Position numbers and translations under genes: made by a program
The notes under the pieces: generated by a model
What the model was told of the DNA's origin: nothing
What the model saw: only the letters and a program-made list of their open reading frames with translations
Database searches by the model: none
Shown here: piece after piece, positions 1 to 10,733 of the stretch
How positions within the stretch are numbered: position 1 is the first letter of the stretch
How the letters are laid out: the number at the start of each line of letters is the position of its first letter
Assembly: GCA_965219455.1 (NCBI GenBank)
Contig: OZ244744.1
Coordinates: forward strand, 5,504,001 to 5,568,000
DNA: 64,000 nucleotides
Source of the DNA: Candidatus Latescibacterota bacterium
GTDB taxonomy: Bacteria; Latescibacterota; UBA2968; GCA-2709665
Direction: 5' to 3'

Positions 1-393
1 CCGACCGCTTTCGACGCGCACGCGAGTGCCCTGAATTTCTTCGGCGTGGCGGGTCTCGATAGCCATTCTGGACACCGCCGCGATACTCGGTAGCGCCTCC
101 CCGCGAAACCCCAGCGTACGCAGCGTGCACAGATCGGAGAGATCGGCGATCTTGCTCGTGGCGTGCCGTTCAAGAGCCAGCAAAGCGTCGTCACGAGACA
201 TCCCGCAGCCGTTATCGCTGACCCGTATAGTCTCTTTGCCGCCGCCGGCCACTTCAGCGACAATCCGGTCCGCACCTGCATCGATGGCGTTTTCCACCAG
301 TTCCTTCACCACGGAGCCCGGCCGCTCCACGGCTTCACCTGCAGCGATACGATTGGCGATTTCGTCGGGTAGAATGCGGATCCGGTTGGGCAT
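1..393 (-). CDS. mutL: DNA mismatch repair protein MutL, N-terminal part (runs off window start)
   Basis: Own translation from ATG at 393: [40 protein letters not shown]...DNGCGM...RHATSKI...[15 protein letters not shown] (GHKL ATPase signature); absent from the ORF track because it is truncated. Confidence 0.95.
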   Translation of the reverse strand, partial: MPNRIRILPDEIANRIAAGEAVERPGSVVKELVENAIDAGADRIVAEVAGGGKETIRVSDNGCGMSRDDALLALERHATSKIADLSDLCTLRTLGFRGEALPSIAAVSRMAIETRHAEEIQGTRVRVESGR

Positions 394-539
394 GCCTAAA
401 CGTCTGCCTTTGCTGCGGTGCCGGTAAACAAGCGAATTAGCGGGATTCAGATTTGCCCTCGCAGCATCCCTCAGAATCGTTACGAACACGAACCCGAAAG
501 CCCCGATCCGTCTTACGAACGCGCATTTCTGCCCATGCC

Positions 540-1904
540 CTACAGGCCCTGGCGCTTCAATCGGTCCAGGGTGCGATCGAATGCGTCGACAACGTGATCC
601 AGATCTTCTTCGGTATGCACGGATGCCGTTAACCCGGCCAATCCGTTCAGATCGACGCCTTCCAGTTGCATCGTGGCACGGAATGCATCCCTCATCGCCG
701 GATCGGGCGTCTTCAGCCGGCGGTAGTCATAGGTTCCCCCGGCTATCGCTTCCAGGCTCTGTTCCATGGGTCCGCTATCGGGAAGGAATTTGATGCCGGA
801 GAAGTCACCGTAGACAACCCAGTCCACGCCGTGGTCCGAGATGACACAGTTGAGACGGTTGCGCAGGATTTCGCCGTTCCGGTTTGCGCGTGCGATGTGT
901 TTGCCGTCTTCGATAGCCTTCAGCGTGGCAATCCCGGCGGCCGCGGAAACCGGATTGGCGTTAAAGGTACCCTGGTGGGGCATTTTCCTGCACGTATCCC
1001 ACTCCCGGTCTCCCCGAAACGCCAGCAGATCCATGATATCCTGCCGACCGGTCAGACAGCCTCCGGGGAGTCCGCCCGCCAAAATCTTCGCCAACGACGT
1101 GAGATCGGGCTTGACGTTGAAGTGGGCCTGGGCGCCTCCGGGCGAGCATCGAAAGCCGGTGACCACTTCGTCGAAGATCAAAAGCACGTTGTGCCGAAGC
1201 GTTACGCGTCGCAATTCTTCCAGGAAACCCGGACGGAGGGGTGCCACGCCGAAAATGGCTCCGGTAGGCTCCAGAATGACACAGGCAATATCGTCGTCCC
1301 GGTCAAGAATAGCCTCAACCTGATCGATTTGGTTCGGCGGGCACAGGCAGACGGTATCCGCAACTTCGCGAAGAACGCCGGCGGGCACGGGTTCGTCGAA
1401 GGGCGGCAGCACGCCCACGTTGAGGTTGTCGTGCCAGCCATGAAAGTGGCCGAAAAACTTGAGCACCTTTCGCTTTCCGGTAAAGGTCCGCGCCAGCCGG
1501 AGCGCCATCAGCGTCGCCTCGGTGCCCGAGCTTGTAAATCGAACGCGTTCGGCGGAGGGGATCAACTTCATGACCCGCTCTCCCCACTCCACTTCCAACT
1601 CGTGACACGCACCATAGTGGGTACCACGCGCCACCTGTTCCGAAACGGCTGCCACCATATCCGGGTAACAATGCCCGAGCATCAGTGCCCCGTGCCCCAT
1701 CCATAGATCCACATATTCCCGGCCGTCCACGTCCCATTTACGCCCTGCCTTGGCACGACTTGCGTAAATGGGAAATGGCGTACAATAGCGAGAATCGTGG
1801 GTAACGCCGCTGGGAAAGATCCGCGACGCTTTTTCGTAGAGCGCCAGAGACCGGTTCAGCGCATCCCGGAATTCTGCATTAATTCCATTAACTAATTCTT
1901 CCAC
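540..1904 (-). CDS. Class III PLP aminotransferase, glutamate-1-semialdehyde aminomutase-like
   Basis: SGTEAT, Fx[33 protein letters not shown] motifs; true substrate not determinable. Confidence 0.85.
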   Translation of the reverse strand: MEELVNGINAEFRDALNRSLALYEKASRIFPSGVTHDSRYCTPFPIYASRAKAGRKWDVDGREYVDLWMGHGALMLGHCYPDMVAAVSEQVARGTHYGACHELEVEWGERVMKLIPSAERVRFTSSGTEATLMALRLARTFTGKRKVLKFFGHFHGWHDNLNVGVLPPFDEPVPAGVLREVADTVCLCPPNQIDQVEAILDRDDDIACVILEPTGAIFGVAPLRPGFLEELRRVTLRHNVLLIFDEVVTGFRCSPGGAQAHFNVKPDLTSLAKILAGGLPGGCLTGRQDIMDLLAFRGDREWDTCRKMPHQGTFNANPVSAAAGIATLKAIEDGKHIARANRNGEILRNRLNCVISDHGVDWVVYGDFSGIKFLPDSGPMEQSLEAIAGGTYDYRRLKTPDPAMRDAFRATMQLEGVDLNGLAGLTASVHTEEDLDHVVDAFDRTLDRLKRQGL

Positions 1905-2028
1905 AGTTGGTTATCCCTCTTCTTTAACGTGATCACTCAGAAGGCCCGGAAACGTTTCATGCCCGCCACGAGCCGTAAGTGGGAAAAATAACGAACAGGT
2001 AGAAAAAAGCAACCGGCAAAATGCGCTG

Positions 2029-4089
2029 TTATGCTTGTCTCGGCAGGGGGTAAGAAAACGTGCGATCAGCCTCGACGCCTGAGAAATCCGATGCATCTTC
2101 CGACATGACCCAGAGATGTTGTTCGGTCCCCGCCTGCACCCTGAATCCACCGGTCTCTCCGGGGCCGCCCGAACCGGCCGCTTCCACCCGACGGACCACG
2201 GGGACCGCGTCCCAGTGATGCGCGAGCGCGACAAAGGTTGTCTCCCGGGCAATCCTCCGGCGGATGAGCACATCGCCGGTTTCCGACGCGGGCTGAAGCG
2301 GCGCTTTTCCAATGATTATTTGCGCCCCCGTGTCTTCCGGGAGGAATGCCCCCACCCCACCCTTCGGCAAGCCCCACTGCAACGAAACCATTTCCTCCGG
2401 TACGAATTCGATCGGCTGCCGGATGTGGTCATATCCGTCGCCGGAAAGCGCAATCGACCCGCGACACGACAGACCGGTCTGCATGCAACGATCGGCCGGA
2501 TACCGGCAGACCCAATCCATCTGGCATTCCTGTGGCGCCTTAACGTGGAACACATCCCAGAAGTACGAATCCGTCCACAAAATCACCCGACGCATTTCAA
2601 CTCCCGAATAGGGGGCTTGCTCCCAGGAAACGCTGGCGTCGACCACCTCGAACCCATCCGCGCGCCGTACATCGAAATTCACCAGCCGCCCTTCCGCCGG
2701 AGGCTGGGAATGGCCGTCTACCATCACGGTGTTATGGCTGATTGTCTGCCGATACCAGGTCTCGTTCAGGTCGACGCCATACCCCGGCGTACCCAGGTCC
2801 GCAGCAACCGGGCACCCGCGCGCGTAGAACGAAATCGAGAGTTTGTCGGGATGTCCGTGCCCGCCGCCGTGCGGACCGTACTTCAGCAGCACGCAGCTTT
2901 GCCTATCCAGCGCCTCGCCCGACCTCAAGATGGCCATTCCCGACGGTTTCAGCACGGCGCTCTCCACGACGAGTCTGCCGCCGGAATCGGGCAGATCTTC
3001 ACCGTACAGAAGCGCCTCCACGGACATTCGGGGCCGGCCGGAATAGTTGCGTTCGAGTATCCGGGCGAAGACGGGATCTCTATACCACCCGTACGCCACC
3101 TCGTAAAAGGACTCCGATGGCGGCACTCCGTGGCAGACGTCGGACAACAACGAAGAAAAATACCAGCAATCGTTGGTGGCGGGCAGCCTGAAATCGGGAA
3201 ACGCCAGCGACACCGGGGCGCGGAACATCGCCCTCAACCGGTCGTTGTCATGCAGGTCCGCACCGCTGTTCTCCGACACCTGGATCTGAGCAATCAACGC
3301 GGCGAGGGTATAAAAATGGTAACTGGAAGATCCCTCCCACCACAATCCGTCGTCCAGAACACCCTCCCGCAACTGGTGGAAAAACCCGAAATTGTCCTCC
3401 AGGGCAACCTTCTGAAATTTCGCGTCGTTCAGGCAGATTCCAACGGCCGCTAAAGCAGCATTGTGCCAGCATTCGATGTTGTGTATGCGGTGGAACTTCT
3501 GGCTCTGAATGTGCTCCGCCGCCACAACGAGCAGGTTCGTTTCTATAAACGTCCGCTGGATGGGGGTGAGGGCTTCCCGGATAAGATCGTAGGCCTTTGC
3601 GATGGGGATCAACCACACCGCCTCGTCCAGTGAATGGTTTGCCACCTTGCCCCAGCCATACGGCAGTTCACGCTCGATCGGGTACCCCGGATAACGTTCT
3701 GCGTAGGCCAACAGAATCTCTCTGCATCTGGCCAGATATGCTCCGTTCGTATCCAATTGCCACATGAGCGCCAATCTGTATGCCATAGTGGACAGCCGAT
3801 TGTTGACGAACCAGCGCCATGCGGAATCGTATGGCTCGCCCGAAAAGACCCGTCCGTCCTTCGGACATCGATGGGCGTGCGGCGATCCGGCGTCGAATGC
3901 AAGCTCCACGGCGTGATCCGGGCAAAAGTAGTTGTGGTAGTACCCTGCCGGGCGGTCCTGAGGCTGCATTTCTTCGCCGAGGAAGGTCTTCGCCTCGGTC
4001 TCCAATCGACGGTAGGCATGGATGAATGCCGGATGGGTCCGCCGTTCCCTCGCCATCGCCATACGACGTTCGGTTATCAGCTTCAACAC
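2029..4089 (-). CDS. Heparinase II/III-family polysaccharide lyase (oligoalginate lyase-like)
   Basis: HNIECWHNA, WWEGSSSYHFY and HGGGHGHPDKLS...HNTVMVDG motifs; start codon uncertain. Confidence 0.8.
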   Translation of the reverse strand: MLKLITERRMAMARERRTHPAFIHAYRRLETEAKTFLGEEMQPQDRPAGYYHNYFCPDHAVELAFDAGSPHAHRCPKDGRVFSGEPYDSAWRWFVNNRLSTMAYRLALMWQLDTNGAYLARCREILLAYAERYPGYPIERELPYGWGKVANHSLDEAVWLIPIAKAYDLIREALTPIQRTFIETNLLVVAAEHIQSQKFHRIHNIECWHNAALAAVGICLNDAKFQKVALEDNFGFFHQLREGVLDDGLWWEGSSSYHFYTLAALIAQIQVSENSGADLHDNDRLRAMFRAPVSLAFPDFRLPATNDCWYFSSLLSDVCHGVPPSESFYEVAYGWYRDPVFARILERNYSGRPRMSVEALLYGEDLPDSGGRLVVESAVLKPSGMAILRSGEALDRQSCVLLKYGPHGGGHGHPDKLSISFYARGCPVAADLGTPGYGVDLNETWYRQTISHNTVMVDGHSQPPAEGRLVNFDVRRADGFEVVDASVSWEQAPYSGVEMRRVILWTDSYFWDVFHVKAPQECQMDWVCRYPADRCMQTGLSCRGSIALSGDGYDHIRQPIEFVPEEMVSLQWGLPKGGVGAFLPEDTGAQIIIGKAPLQPASETGDVLIRRRIARETTFVALAHHWDAVPVVRRVEAAGSGGPGETGGFRVQAGTEQHLWVMSEDASDFSGVEADRTFSYPLPRQA

Positions 4090-4239
4090 ACGTCCCCCAC
4101 GTTAAAAACGGCCGGTTGCCACATTACGGGTCGGACCTTATCTTGTGAGGTTCCCGAGGCTTCGCACCGCACATGGGCCGGCCAAGCCACCGGATGCGTG
4201 CCGGCCACCTTTAAAATCGCGCCTTCACGGGGTTTCCCT

Positions 4240-4884
4240 ATGCCCGACACAATATCGGAGATTCTGATACCCGCCAATGAAATTCAGGAAAGGGTTCGTC
4301 AGTTGGGCGCCCGGATATCGTCGGACTTTCACTCGGACAACGCTGCCGGTACGGATAGCCCGACAGCATGGGAGGATCGACACGCGGACGACCTGTCTGC
4401 GCCGAATATCCGGCAGGCAGGGACACTGAGACCACTCATCCTTATGGGCGTTCTCAAAGGCGCCCTCTTCTTCCTCGCCGATCTGTCCCGGGAGATTTCG
4501 GTTCCCGTGGAGATCGAATATATGTCGGTATCCAGCTATGGTAAATCGACGCGGAGTTCCGGCGTTGTAAGGATCCTGAAGGATCTCGATCGCGACATCG
4601 CCGGCGCCGACGTGCTCCTTGTGGAGGATATCGTCGATACGGGCCTCACGCTGGACTATCTTCTGCGCATCCTCGAGCCAAGGCGTCCTCGAAGCCTGAA
4701 AGTCTGCAGCCTGCTGGAGAAACCCTCCCGTCGAAGGGTGTATGTGCCAATCGACTACGTCGGCTTCTCCATCCCGAACGAATTTGTCGTAGGATATGGC
4801 CTGGACTACGACCAGCAATACCGCAATCTTCCTTACATTGCGGCATTGAAGAATTCCGATGCGCCGCGCTCGCATTGCACCTGA
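4240..4884 (+). CDS. hpt: Hypoxanthine phosphoribosyltransferase
   Basis: GVLKGA, VSSYG, LLVEDIVDTGLT, FVVGYGLDY; start moved to ATG 4240 (MPDTISEILI). Confidence 0.93.
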   Translation: MPDTISEILIPANEIQERVRQLGARISSDFHSDNAAGTDSPTAWEDRHADDLSAPNIRQAGTLRPLILMGVLKGALFFLADLSREISVPVEIEYMSVSSYGKSTRSSGVVRILKDLDRDIAGADVLLVEDIVDTGLTLDYLLRILEPRRPRSLKVCSLLEKPSRRRVYVPIDYVGFSIPNEFVVGYGLDYDQQYRNLPYIAALKNSDAPRSHCT

Positions 4885-4954
4885 GCGAGACGACCTGCGG
4901 TAGAGACATTGTCAGATGTCGTGGATAGCGGAGAGCGCGTCCTGAGTCGCCACC

Positions 4955-4980
4955 AGGGCGACCACAAGGGTCGCCCCTAC
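4955..4980. repeat. GTAG-type REP palindrome
   Basis: AGGGCGACCACAAGGGTCGCCCCTAC between convergent genes; same family as 36130, 53372 and 53671. Confidence 0.65.
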
Positions 4981-5037
4981 AAAAACAATATGGACGCGGA
5001 CATGCGGCGAATGGTGACATGTTTACGGGAAAGGGCA

Positions 5038-5781
5038 CTAAGTTCCCAGGCTCCCACCCGGTTCCGCCAACACGCGGTTCACGGTCTTGAACAGGCTCTC
5101 TACCATCTGCTCCGTGAGCGTTCCCGTATTTATATTGTAACGGCTGAAGTGATAACTGGCAACCAGAATCCGGGAATCGCGGCGGAAACGATAGGTCCTG
5201 CCGTGCACGAACCGGTAGTGCCCCACCCTTTCGATGATACCCTCCGCCCTCAAGAGGCGCAGATAGGCCTCAAACGCGTCTCTCCCCATTGACAGTACAA
5301 CCCGGATCCGCCTCAACTGCTTCGTTTCCATTCGCAGCCAGCCCAGGCAGGCGCGTTTCTCGCTACCGTTCGGCCTGTTTGCGGGCGGTACGCACTTTAC
5401 GGCGTTTGTAATGTAGACGTTATCGAGCTTCAGGCCATCGTTCGGGTGGGTGGATTTCGGTTGATTGCCGAACCCGTGACGGTATAGTGCCCCGTAGAGC
5501 ACCTGTCCGGCGTGGTCCCCGGTAAACGGCCTGCCGGTGCGGTTCGCCCCATGGGCGCCCGGTGCAAGACCGATAACGAGCAGTTCGCCGGACGCATCGC
5601 CGAAGCCCGGCACCGGTTTTGCCCAGTAGCCATCGACATTCTCCTTTTGATTGTCGGCGGAATCGAACGTGGCGCGGTAGTCAACCAGCCGCGCGCAACT
5701 GCCGCAGTCTGCAATCTGCTCAAAGAGCAGCCGTTCCGCTCCCGCCTCTTCCCACGTGACGCGCTGCGATCTGGCGCCCAT
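5038..5781 (-). CDS. Uracil-DNA glycosylase, family 5 (UdgB-like)
   Basis: GLAPGAHGANRTGRPFTGD, Fe-S Cys ligands (CxxC, KCVPP, C), SYHFSRYN. Confidence 0.88.
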   Translation of the reverse strand: MGARSQRVTWEEAGAERLLFEQIADCGSCARLVDYRATFDSADNQKENVDGYWAKPVPGFGDASGELLVIGLAPGAHGANRTGRPFTGDHAGQVLYGALYRHGFGNQPKSTHPNDGLKLDNVYITNAVKCVPPANRPNGSEKRACLGWLRMETKQLRRIRVVLSMGRDAFEAYLRLLRAEGIIERVGHYRFVHGRTYRFRRDSRILVASYHFSRYNINTGTLTEQMVESLFKTVNRVLAEPGGSLGT

Positions 5782-6047
5782 TGTGTCGGCTTCCGTTCGT
5801 TGCGTTCGCAGCCCTGAAAGGATGACGCATCAAGAAATGACAAGCAGCCGCGCTTCCTTCGGTAGATGCGCAACCCGATATCGGCACACCTGGCTGCCGT
5901 CAATGGCCGGCAGCCATCATCATCACGCCACCCGGGAATTTCCCGGGGATTCCGCATGCCTGGAAATCGTCCGTGACGCCTACGCAAAAGAGGCGGTCCC
6001 GTGGGGGCCGCCTCTTTAGAGATATCGATGTGTAACCGGATTCGCGG

Positions 6048-6410
6048 CTAGTTTCCCACCCTGTTGTTGAAAAATACCACCTGCCGCGACCGGGCCATGG
6101 CCTCGTGTTCCTCGTCGGTGCATGACCTGTCGGTGGGAACGTTGGGATCGGGACCCGCCGGCTGGTACCCGCTGCGGACCAGATAGGCTTCCAGATCCTC
6201 CCCGCTGATATCGGCCAGGATCTGCCCATCGAAATCCAGGGTCGGCTGCAGCGGCTGCCCGCTCTTGCGCACCATTTCTTCGTAATTTGCGGGATTGTTT
6301 ATGATGTCTTTGTCCTCGTATCTGAGTCCGTACTTGTCCAGCACCGCCCGTATGCCGCGGCTCCATCCACAGTGGGGTTTGAGATATGCGGTAATCGCGG
6401 GATTACCCAT
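6048..6410 (-). CDS. Glutaredoxin-like protein
   Basis: YLKPHCGWS (CxxS) and SGQPLQP, thioredoxin-fold pattern. Confidence 0.75.
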   Translation of the reverse strand: MGNPAITAYLKPHCGWSRGIRAVLDKYGLRYEDKDIINNPANYEEMVRKSGQPLQPTLDFDGQILADISGEDLEAYLVRSGYQPAGPDPNVPTDRSCTDEEHEAMARSRQVVFFNNRVGN

Positions 6411-6750
6411 CGGAGATTCTCCTTTTCCTTGAATTAACCATCGAAACGCATGATTTCATCCCTGAACTAACATAACGAACTTTTCCGAGATTTGCAAGTC
6501 CAATCGCCATTCGTACGGACCGAATGGAATCTTTCGGGAGTCCGGAGTGGGAGGAATGTGACAACGGTTTTTCAACCTGGCCCCTGGCGGCCGCGAACAC
6601 GGATGGCAATATCCGCACATGTCGGGAAACCAGAGTCTCTCTCGATATCGGTTGGGGATAAATCGCGCCCGTGCGGGCTGTCGACACACCGCGAACCTCG
6701 CGCGGGCACGTAGAGTCGGGGCAATTCGCCGTCGTTTGGTGGCTTGCGGA

Positions 6751-7053
6751 TTATGCCGCCGCATTCACCGCATTGGCAAAATCGAGGTCGGCGCGGGTGA
6801 CGGCGTTTTCACTGTGAGTCGTCACCGTAACCGTGAGGGTCTTGCTCCTGCTGTCCAGGTTGATGTCCGAGTGATGGTTGTTGCTGTCCATTACCTGAGT
6901 CAGCGTGCGTACAAAGGCCATCGTGGGGACGAATTTCTGGAACTTCCATACCCTGTGAAGCGCCCTGGTTTCCCGGTCGTATTCCCAGCCCTCCAGATCC
7001 TTCAGCGCTTCCAGTATTTCCTCCTCGGTCACCCGGGTCTTATCCTCGTGCAT
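6751..7053 (-). CDS. Pterin-4a-carbinolamine dehydratase
   Basis: NHHSDI...TTHSENAVTRADLDFA; ATG 7053 preceded by GGAGG. Confidence 0.85.
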   Translation of the reverse strand: MHEDKTRVTEEEILEALKDLEGWEYDRETRALHRVWKFQKFVPTMAFVRTLTQVMDSNNHHSDINLDSRSKTLTVTVTTHSENAVTRADLDFANAVNAAA

Positions 7054-7203
7054 AGCTACCTCCCTTGAAAACGACAATATTGAATATGTCGAACCAAAAC
7101 CGCGCTCGTAGCCCGGGTTGGCGTGACTGCGTGGCGAACGACCACCGGGCCAGTGGGCGAAAACCGCGTCCCAAAGAGAATATACCAAGAATTCACAGGC
7201 TGA

Positions 7204-7815
7204 TCAATCCCCGCGGAGGATGCCTGCCGTCGCGAGCGCGTTTTCGTACTCCTCGGGGGTGTTGATATTTCGCAGAGATTCCAATTCAGGATCCACATCC
7301 CGTAAAACGGACCCGGGCACCCGGCAACAGCCGCAACGTTCCGTCAACATTGTTAGTTTGAGGGTGCCGGAATCCAGCATTTCCGAAATCACAGGGAGTA
7401 CGGACACGCGATAAACGGCCGCAAGCGGATGCAGCCTGCCACCTACGTATGGCACTGCGATATCGGCTTCGCCAACCAGATGCGCAAGGCGGCGTACAAA
7501 TCCGGAACGCAGGAAAGGCGCATCGCAACCACATACAAACGCGGCATCGGCTTGCCGGGAAATAGCTTCAAGACCTGCCGCCAGCCCCTGTAACGGGCCC
7601 CTGCCCGACACCTGATCCCGGATAATGTCCACGTTGTCGGGAAGGCGCGGCAGTCGTTGCCGGGGTGCGGAAACCACCAGCACGGTACCCAGCGCGCCGC
7701 TGAGCACACGAACCACACGCTGCAGCAGATATTCTTCCCCAAAGCGCAACCAAGCCTTGGACGACCCCATCCGTCGGCTTCGTCCGCCGCACAACACGAT
7801 GCCCCCGATTCTCAT
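7204..7815 (-). CDS. mobA: Molybdenum cofactor guanylyltransferase
   Basis: GIVLCGGRSRRMGSSKA, GPLQGL, CDAPFL, NINTPEE. Confidence 0.88.
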   Translation of the reverse strand: MRIGGIVLCGGRSRRMGSSKAWLRFGEEYLLQRVVRVLSGALGTVLVVSAPRQRLPRLPDNVDIIRDQVSGRGPLQGLAAGLEAISRQADAAFVCGCDAPFLRSGFVRRLAHLVGEADIAVPYVGGRLHPLAAVYRVSVLPVISEMLDSGTLKLTMLTERCGCCRVPGSVLRDVDPELESLRNINTPEEYENALATAGILRGD

Positions 7816-7816
7816 T

Positions 7817-8248
7817 TCAGATATCCAGGACAACGAACGCCCGCCACCGTCCGTCGACGCGTTCCACGACAAACCGGTGGAGCGTGACGGCCTTCACGTC
7901 CACAACCAGATCGTGGCGTTCCATATCCAATTCCTCACCAACCAGTTCCCCCGACACATTGAAAGTGCCATCACGTTCTCCGGCGTGGACGTTTACCGGC
8001 CGCAGCAGAAGCCGTTCGGCATCCTTGTAAAATATTACCTCCTGCAGAAAGTCGAACAGCAGCAAGTCAAGCGCTTCCGCCTCAAGTTTCACGGATCGTC
8101 GGTCTTTTAGCGCCAGAGTATTCAGGTCGGCTACCATTACGTTCAGCGTGGCCTCGGCCGCCGCGGTAAAAAGAGCCCCAGGGTCTTCACCCCAGGCTTC
8201 GAAAGCCACGTCCGCAATGGCGATATCTTCGAGAAATCGATAGGACAA
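7817..8248 (-). CDS. Archease
   Basis: YRFLEDIAIADVAFEAWG, DVKAVTLH, C-terminal VLDI; near rtcB; TTG start inferred. Confidence 0.88.
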   Translation of the reverse strand: MSYRFLEDIAIADVAFEAWGEDPGALFTAAAEATLNVMVADLNTLALKDRRSVKLEAEALDLLLFDFLQEVIFYKDAERLLLRPVNVHAGERDGTFNVSGELVGEELDMERHDLVVDVKAVTLHRFVVERVDGRWRAFVVLDI

Positions 8249-8277
8249 TGTCGCATCCCTTTCCGGTACAAACAGTT

Positions 8278-9165
8278 CTACACCTGACACGCTGCGAGTT
8301 CCGATAGGACGCGCACGCGCGCATCCGCCGTGCCCCTGCCAATAAAGACGAGCTCTGTACGATCAGCACGGAAGGGTTCCAGCGCCCATCTTCCACCCGC
8401 GAAATTGAATAGATACGCCCCTTCGGCGCACCGCAGGAACCCCTTCGCGCGGTAGACGGCCTTCGGCATGTTTTCCGCGAGGCGTTCGAATCCTGTACGA
8501 TCCAAAAGCCTGTCGGAAACGAAATCAAAGCTGTCGATTTCCGTCCGGCCACTGTGCTCCGTTGCCGCGCGTACGGGTCGCTGCGCTCTGACTCCAAAGC
8601 CGAAAAGAAGTCCCGTGTCGACCGCGCATTTCAAGGTTCGAACGACCGAAGCGTCGGGATTCACCCGCCTCAGTTGCGCTTCTACCGCCTCAAGGTGGCA
8701 CGGTGTGACCAGATCCACTTTGTTCAACAGCAAGATATCCGCCGCTTCGAACTGAGTGGTTGTCACGTATCCCAGATCCGGAAACCGGACCATCAGGTCC
8801 GCGTCTGCGACGACGACCACGCTGTCCAGGCGAACCCCCGGCAGATTGTCCTCCACGTCGAAAATTACCGCATCCGGCTCCGCAACGCCGGTGGTCTCAA
8901 CCACAATCAGGTCCGGCCGCACCGTTTTCACGATCTCCTTTACTGCTTCCTCGAACTCCCCCGCCAGCGAACAACAGACACACCCTCCGGCCAATTCCGT
9001 CATCCGGATATGTTTACCCTCCACCACCTTGCTGTCGATGGCGATCTCTCCAAATTCGTTCATCAGAATCGCGACACGCCGGTCGGCACGCGCCACCAGG
9101 TGGCGCAACAGCGTGGTCTTGCCACTGCCCAACGAACCCGCAATCAGAATCATCGAGATCTTCAT
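8278..9165 (-). CDS. COG0523/CobW-family G3E GTPase (metallochaperone)
   Basis: GSLGSGKTT, NEFGE, GCVCC, ETTGVAEP, LNKVD, RAKG. Confidence 0.9.
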   Translation of the reverse strand: MKISMILIAGSLGSGKTTLLRHLVARADRRVAILMNEFGEIAIDSKVVEGKHIRMTELAGGCVCCSLAGEFEEAVKEIVKTVRPDLIVVETTGVAEPDAVIFDVEDNLPGVRLDSVVVVADADLMVRFPDLGYVTTTQFEAADILLLNKVDLVTPCHLEAVEAQLRRVNPDASVVRTLKCAVDTGLLFGFGVRAQRPVRAATEHSGRTEIDSFDFVSDRLLDRTGFERLAENMPKAVYRAKGFLRCAEGAYLFNFAGGRWALEPFRADRTELVFIGRGTADARVRVLSELAACQV

Positions 9166-9263
9166 CACCCGGTGTCCCCCATTCGGCCGTCCCTCGTCGG
9201 AACGGGACCAGGCGCCCGCCTGACGTTCAGAATCAGTGGTACCAGCCAGGTTTTCCGCCAGGG

Positions 9264-10724
9264 TTACCCCTTCACGTTTCCGATGGGCGAAAACCGGGCC
9301 ACCCGTCGACTCAGACCCGCCTGCTGTGTCGCTTCGATCACTTCGTCGATATCCTTGTATGCGCCTCCGGCCTCTTCGGCAAGGCCTGCAAAGGACACGG
9401 ACCGGACGTAGATTCCGCGCGCCTCCAGTTCCCTCTGAAGCCGCTTGCCGTGAAACCGTTTGCGAGCCTTCGTGCGGCTCATCGTCCGCCCGCTGCCATG
9501 GGCCGTGGAGAAAAACGCCTGGCCTCCATCTGGCGATCCCGCCAGCAGATAGGACCCGGTTTCCATGCTGCCACCAATAATCACCGGCTGCCCGTAGGGC
9601 TTGAAGCACTCCGGGACACCGTCCATACCCGGTCCGAAAGCCCGGGTTGCCCCCTTGCGGTGAACGAGTACCGTCCGTTCACGACCATCCACCGCGTGGC
9701 GTTCCAGCTTGGCGGTGTTGTGCGCCACGTCGTAGACCTGGCGCATCTCCATATCCTCCGGGCTGCGCCCCAGTACGTCGGAGAACACCTCCCGAATGCG
9801 ATGAAGAATGACCTGTCGGTTGGCAAACGACATGTTGATCGCACACTTCATCGCGGCGAAATAGTCCTGGCCCTCCCGGGAGTGAAAGGGCGCACATGCA
9901 AGTTCGCGATCGCGAATTGAGATCCCGTACTTTTTCTGCATCACCTTCAGAAACACCCGCAGATAGTCCGTAGCCACCTGGTGCCCGAAACCCCGACTTC
10001 CGCAGTGAAACATCACGACAACCTGGTTGGGAATGGTAATGCCGAACGCCGCGGCTGCCGCCTTGTCGAATACATGGTCGGGTCTTGCCACCTGAATTTC
10101 GAGATAGTGGTTTCCCGATCCCAGCGTGCCGATCTGGTTGAAGCCCCGCTCCACCGCCTTGCGGCTGATTTTCGTCGCGTCCGCGCCCGAAATGCAGCCA
10201 TCTTCTTCGGTCCGCTCCAAATCCTCCGGCCAGCCGTAATGGTTGCGCACGCACCAGCGCGCCCCCTCCTGTACGACCGTCCGAAACTCGTCGTGGGAGA
10301 TCTTCAGAAAACCCGAGCTGCCAACGCCCGCTGGCACGCGATCAAAAAGACGATCCACGAGCGTCTTCAGATGGGGCCTGACCTCGTCGTACGTCAGATT
10401 GGTGGTAACCAGGCGCATCCCGCAGTTGACGTCGAACCCGATGCCTCCTGGCGAGATCACGCCCTGTTCGGCGTCCATTGCGGCCACGCCGCCGATGGGA
10501 AACCCGTATCCCCAGTGCCCGTCGGGCATACAGAAGGCGTAGTTGAGGATGCCGGGCAGCGTGGCCACGTTGGTCACCTGCTCGATCACGCCGTGGTCCA
10601 TTTCCGACATCAGTTTTTGTGTCGCGTAAATACGCGCCGGGACGAGCATTCCTTTTTTGTACGAAGTCGGGATCTCCCAGACGGTCGGCGATACCCGGGT
10701 TGCCTCGGGCGGCGTGGCGGGCAT
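9264..10724 (-). CDS. rtcB: RNA-splicing/repair ligase RtcB
   Basis: MPDGHWGYGFPIGG, GFDVNCG, GSGNHY, HCGSRG, HRKGAT, HGSGR, AYKD. Confidence 0.95.
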   Translation of the reverse strand: MPATPPEATRVSPTVWEIPTSYKKGMLVPARIYATQKLMSEMDHGVIEQVTNVATLPGILNYAFCMPDGHWGYGFPIGGVAAMDAEQGVISPGGIGFDVNCGMRLVTTNLTYDEVRPHLKTLVDRLFDRVPAGVGSSGFLKISHDEFRTVVQEGARWCVRNHYGWPEDLERTEEDGCISGADATKISRKAVERGFNQIGTLGSGNHYLEIQVARPDHVFDKAAAAAFGITIPNQVVVMFHCGSRGFGHQVATDYLRVFLKVMQKKYGISIRDRELACAPFHSREGQDYFAAMKCAINMSFANRQVILHRIREVFSDVLGRSPEDMEMRQVYDVAHNTAKLERHAVDGRERTVLVHRKGATRAFGPGMDGVPECFKPYGQPVIIGGSMETGSYLLAGSPDGGQAFFSTAHGSGRTMSRTKARKRFHGKRLQRELEARGIYVRSVSFAGLAEEAGGAYKDIDEVIEATQQAGLSRRVARFSPIGNVKG

Positions 10725-10733
10725 GTCGTGCTC

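Noticed and set aside
540-1904. Naming the gene hemL
   Set aside because: Family motifs fit, but the sequence is divergent with no heme-pathway neighbours; many paralogs exist
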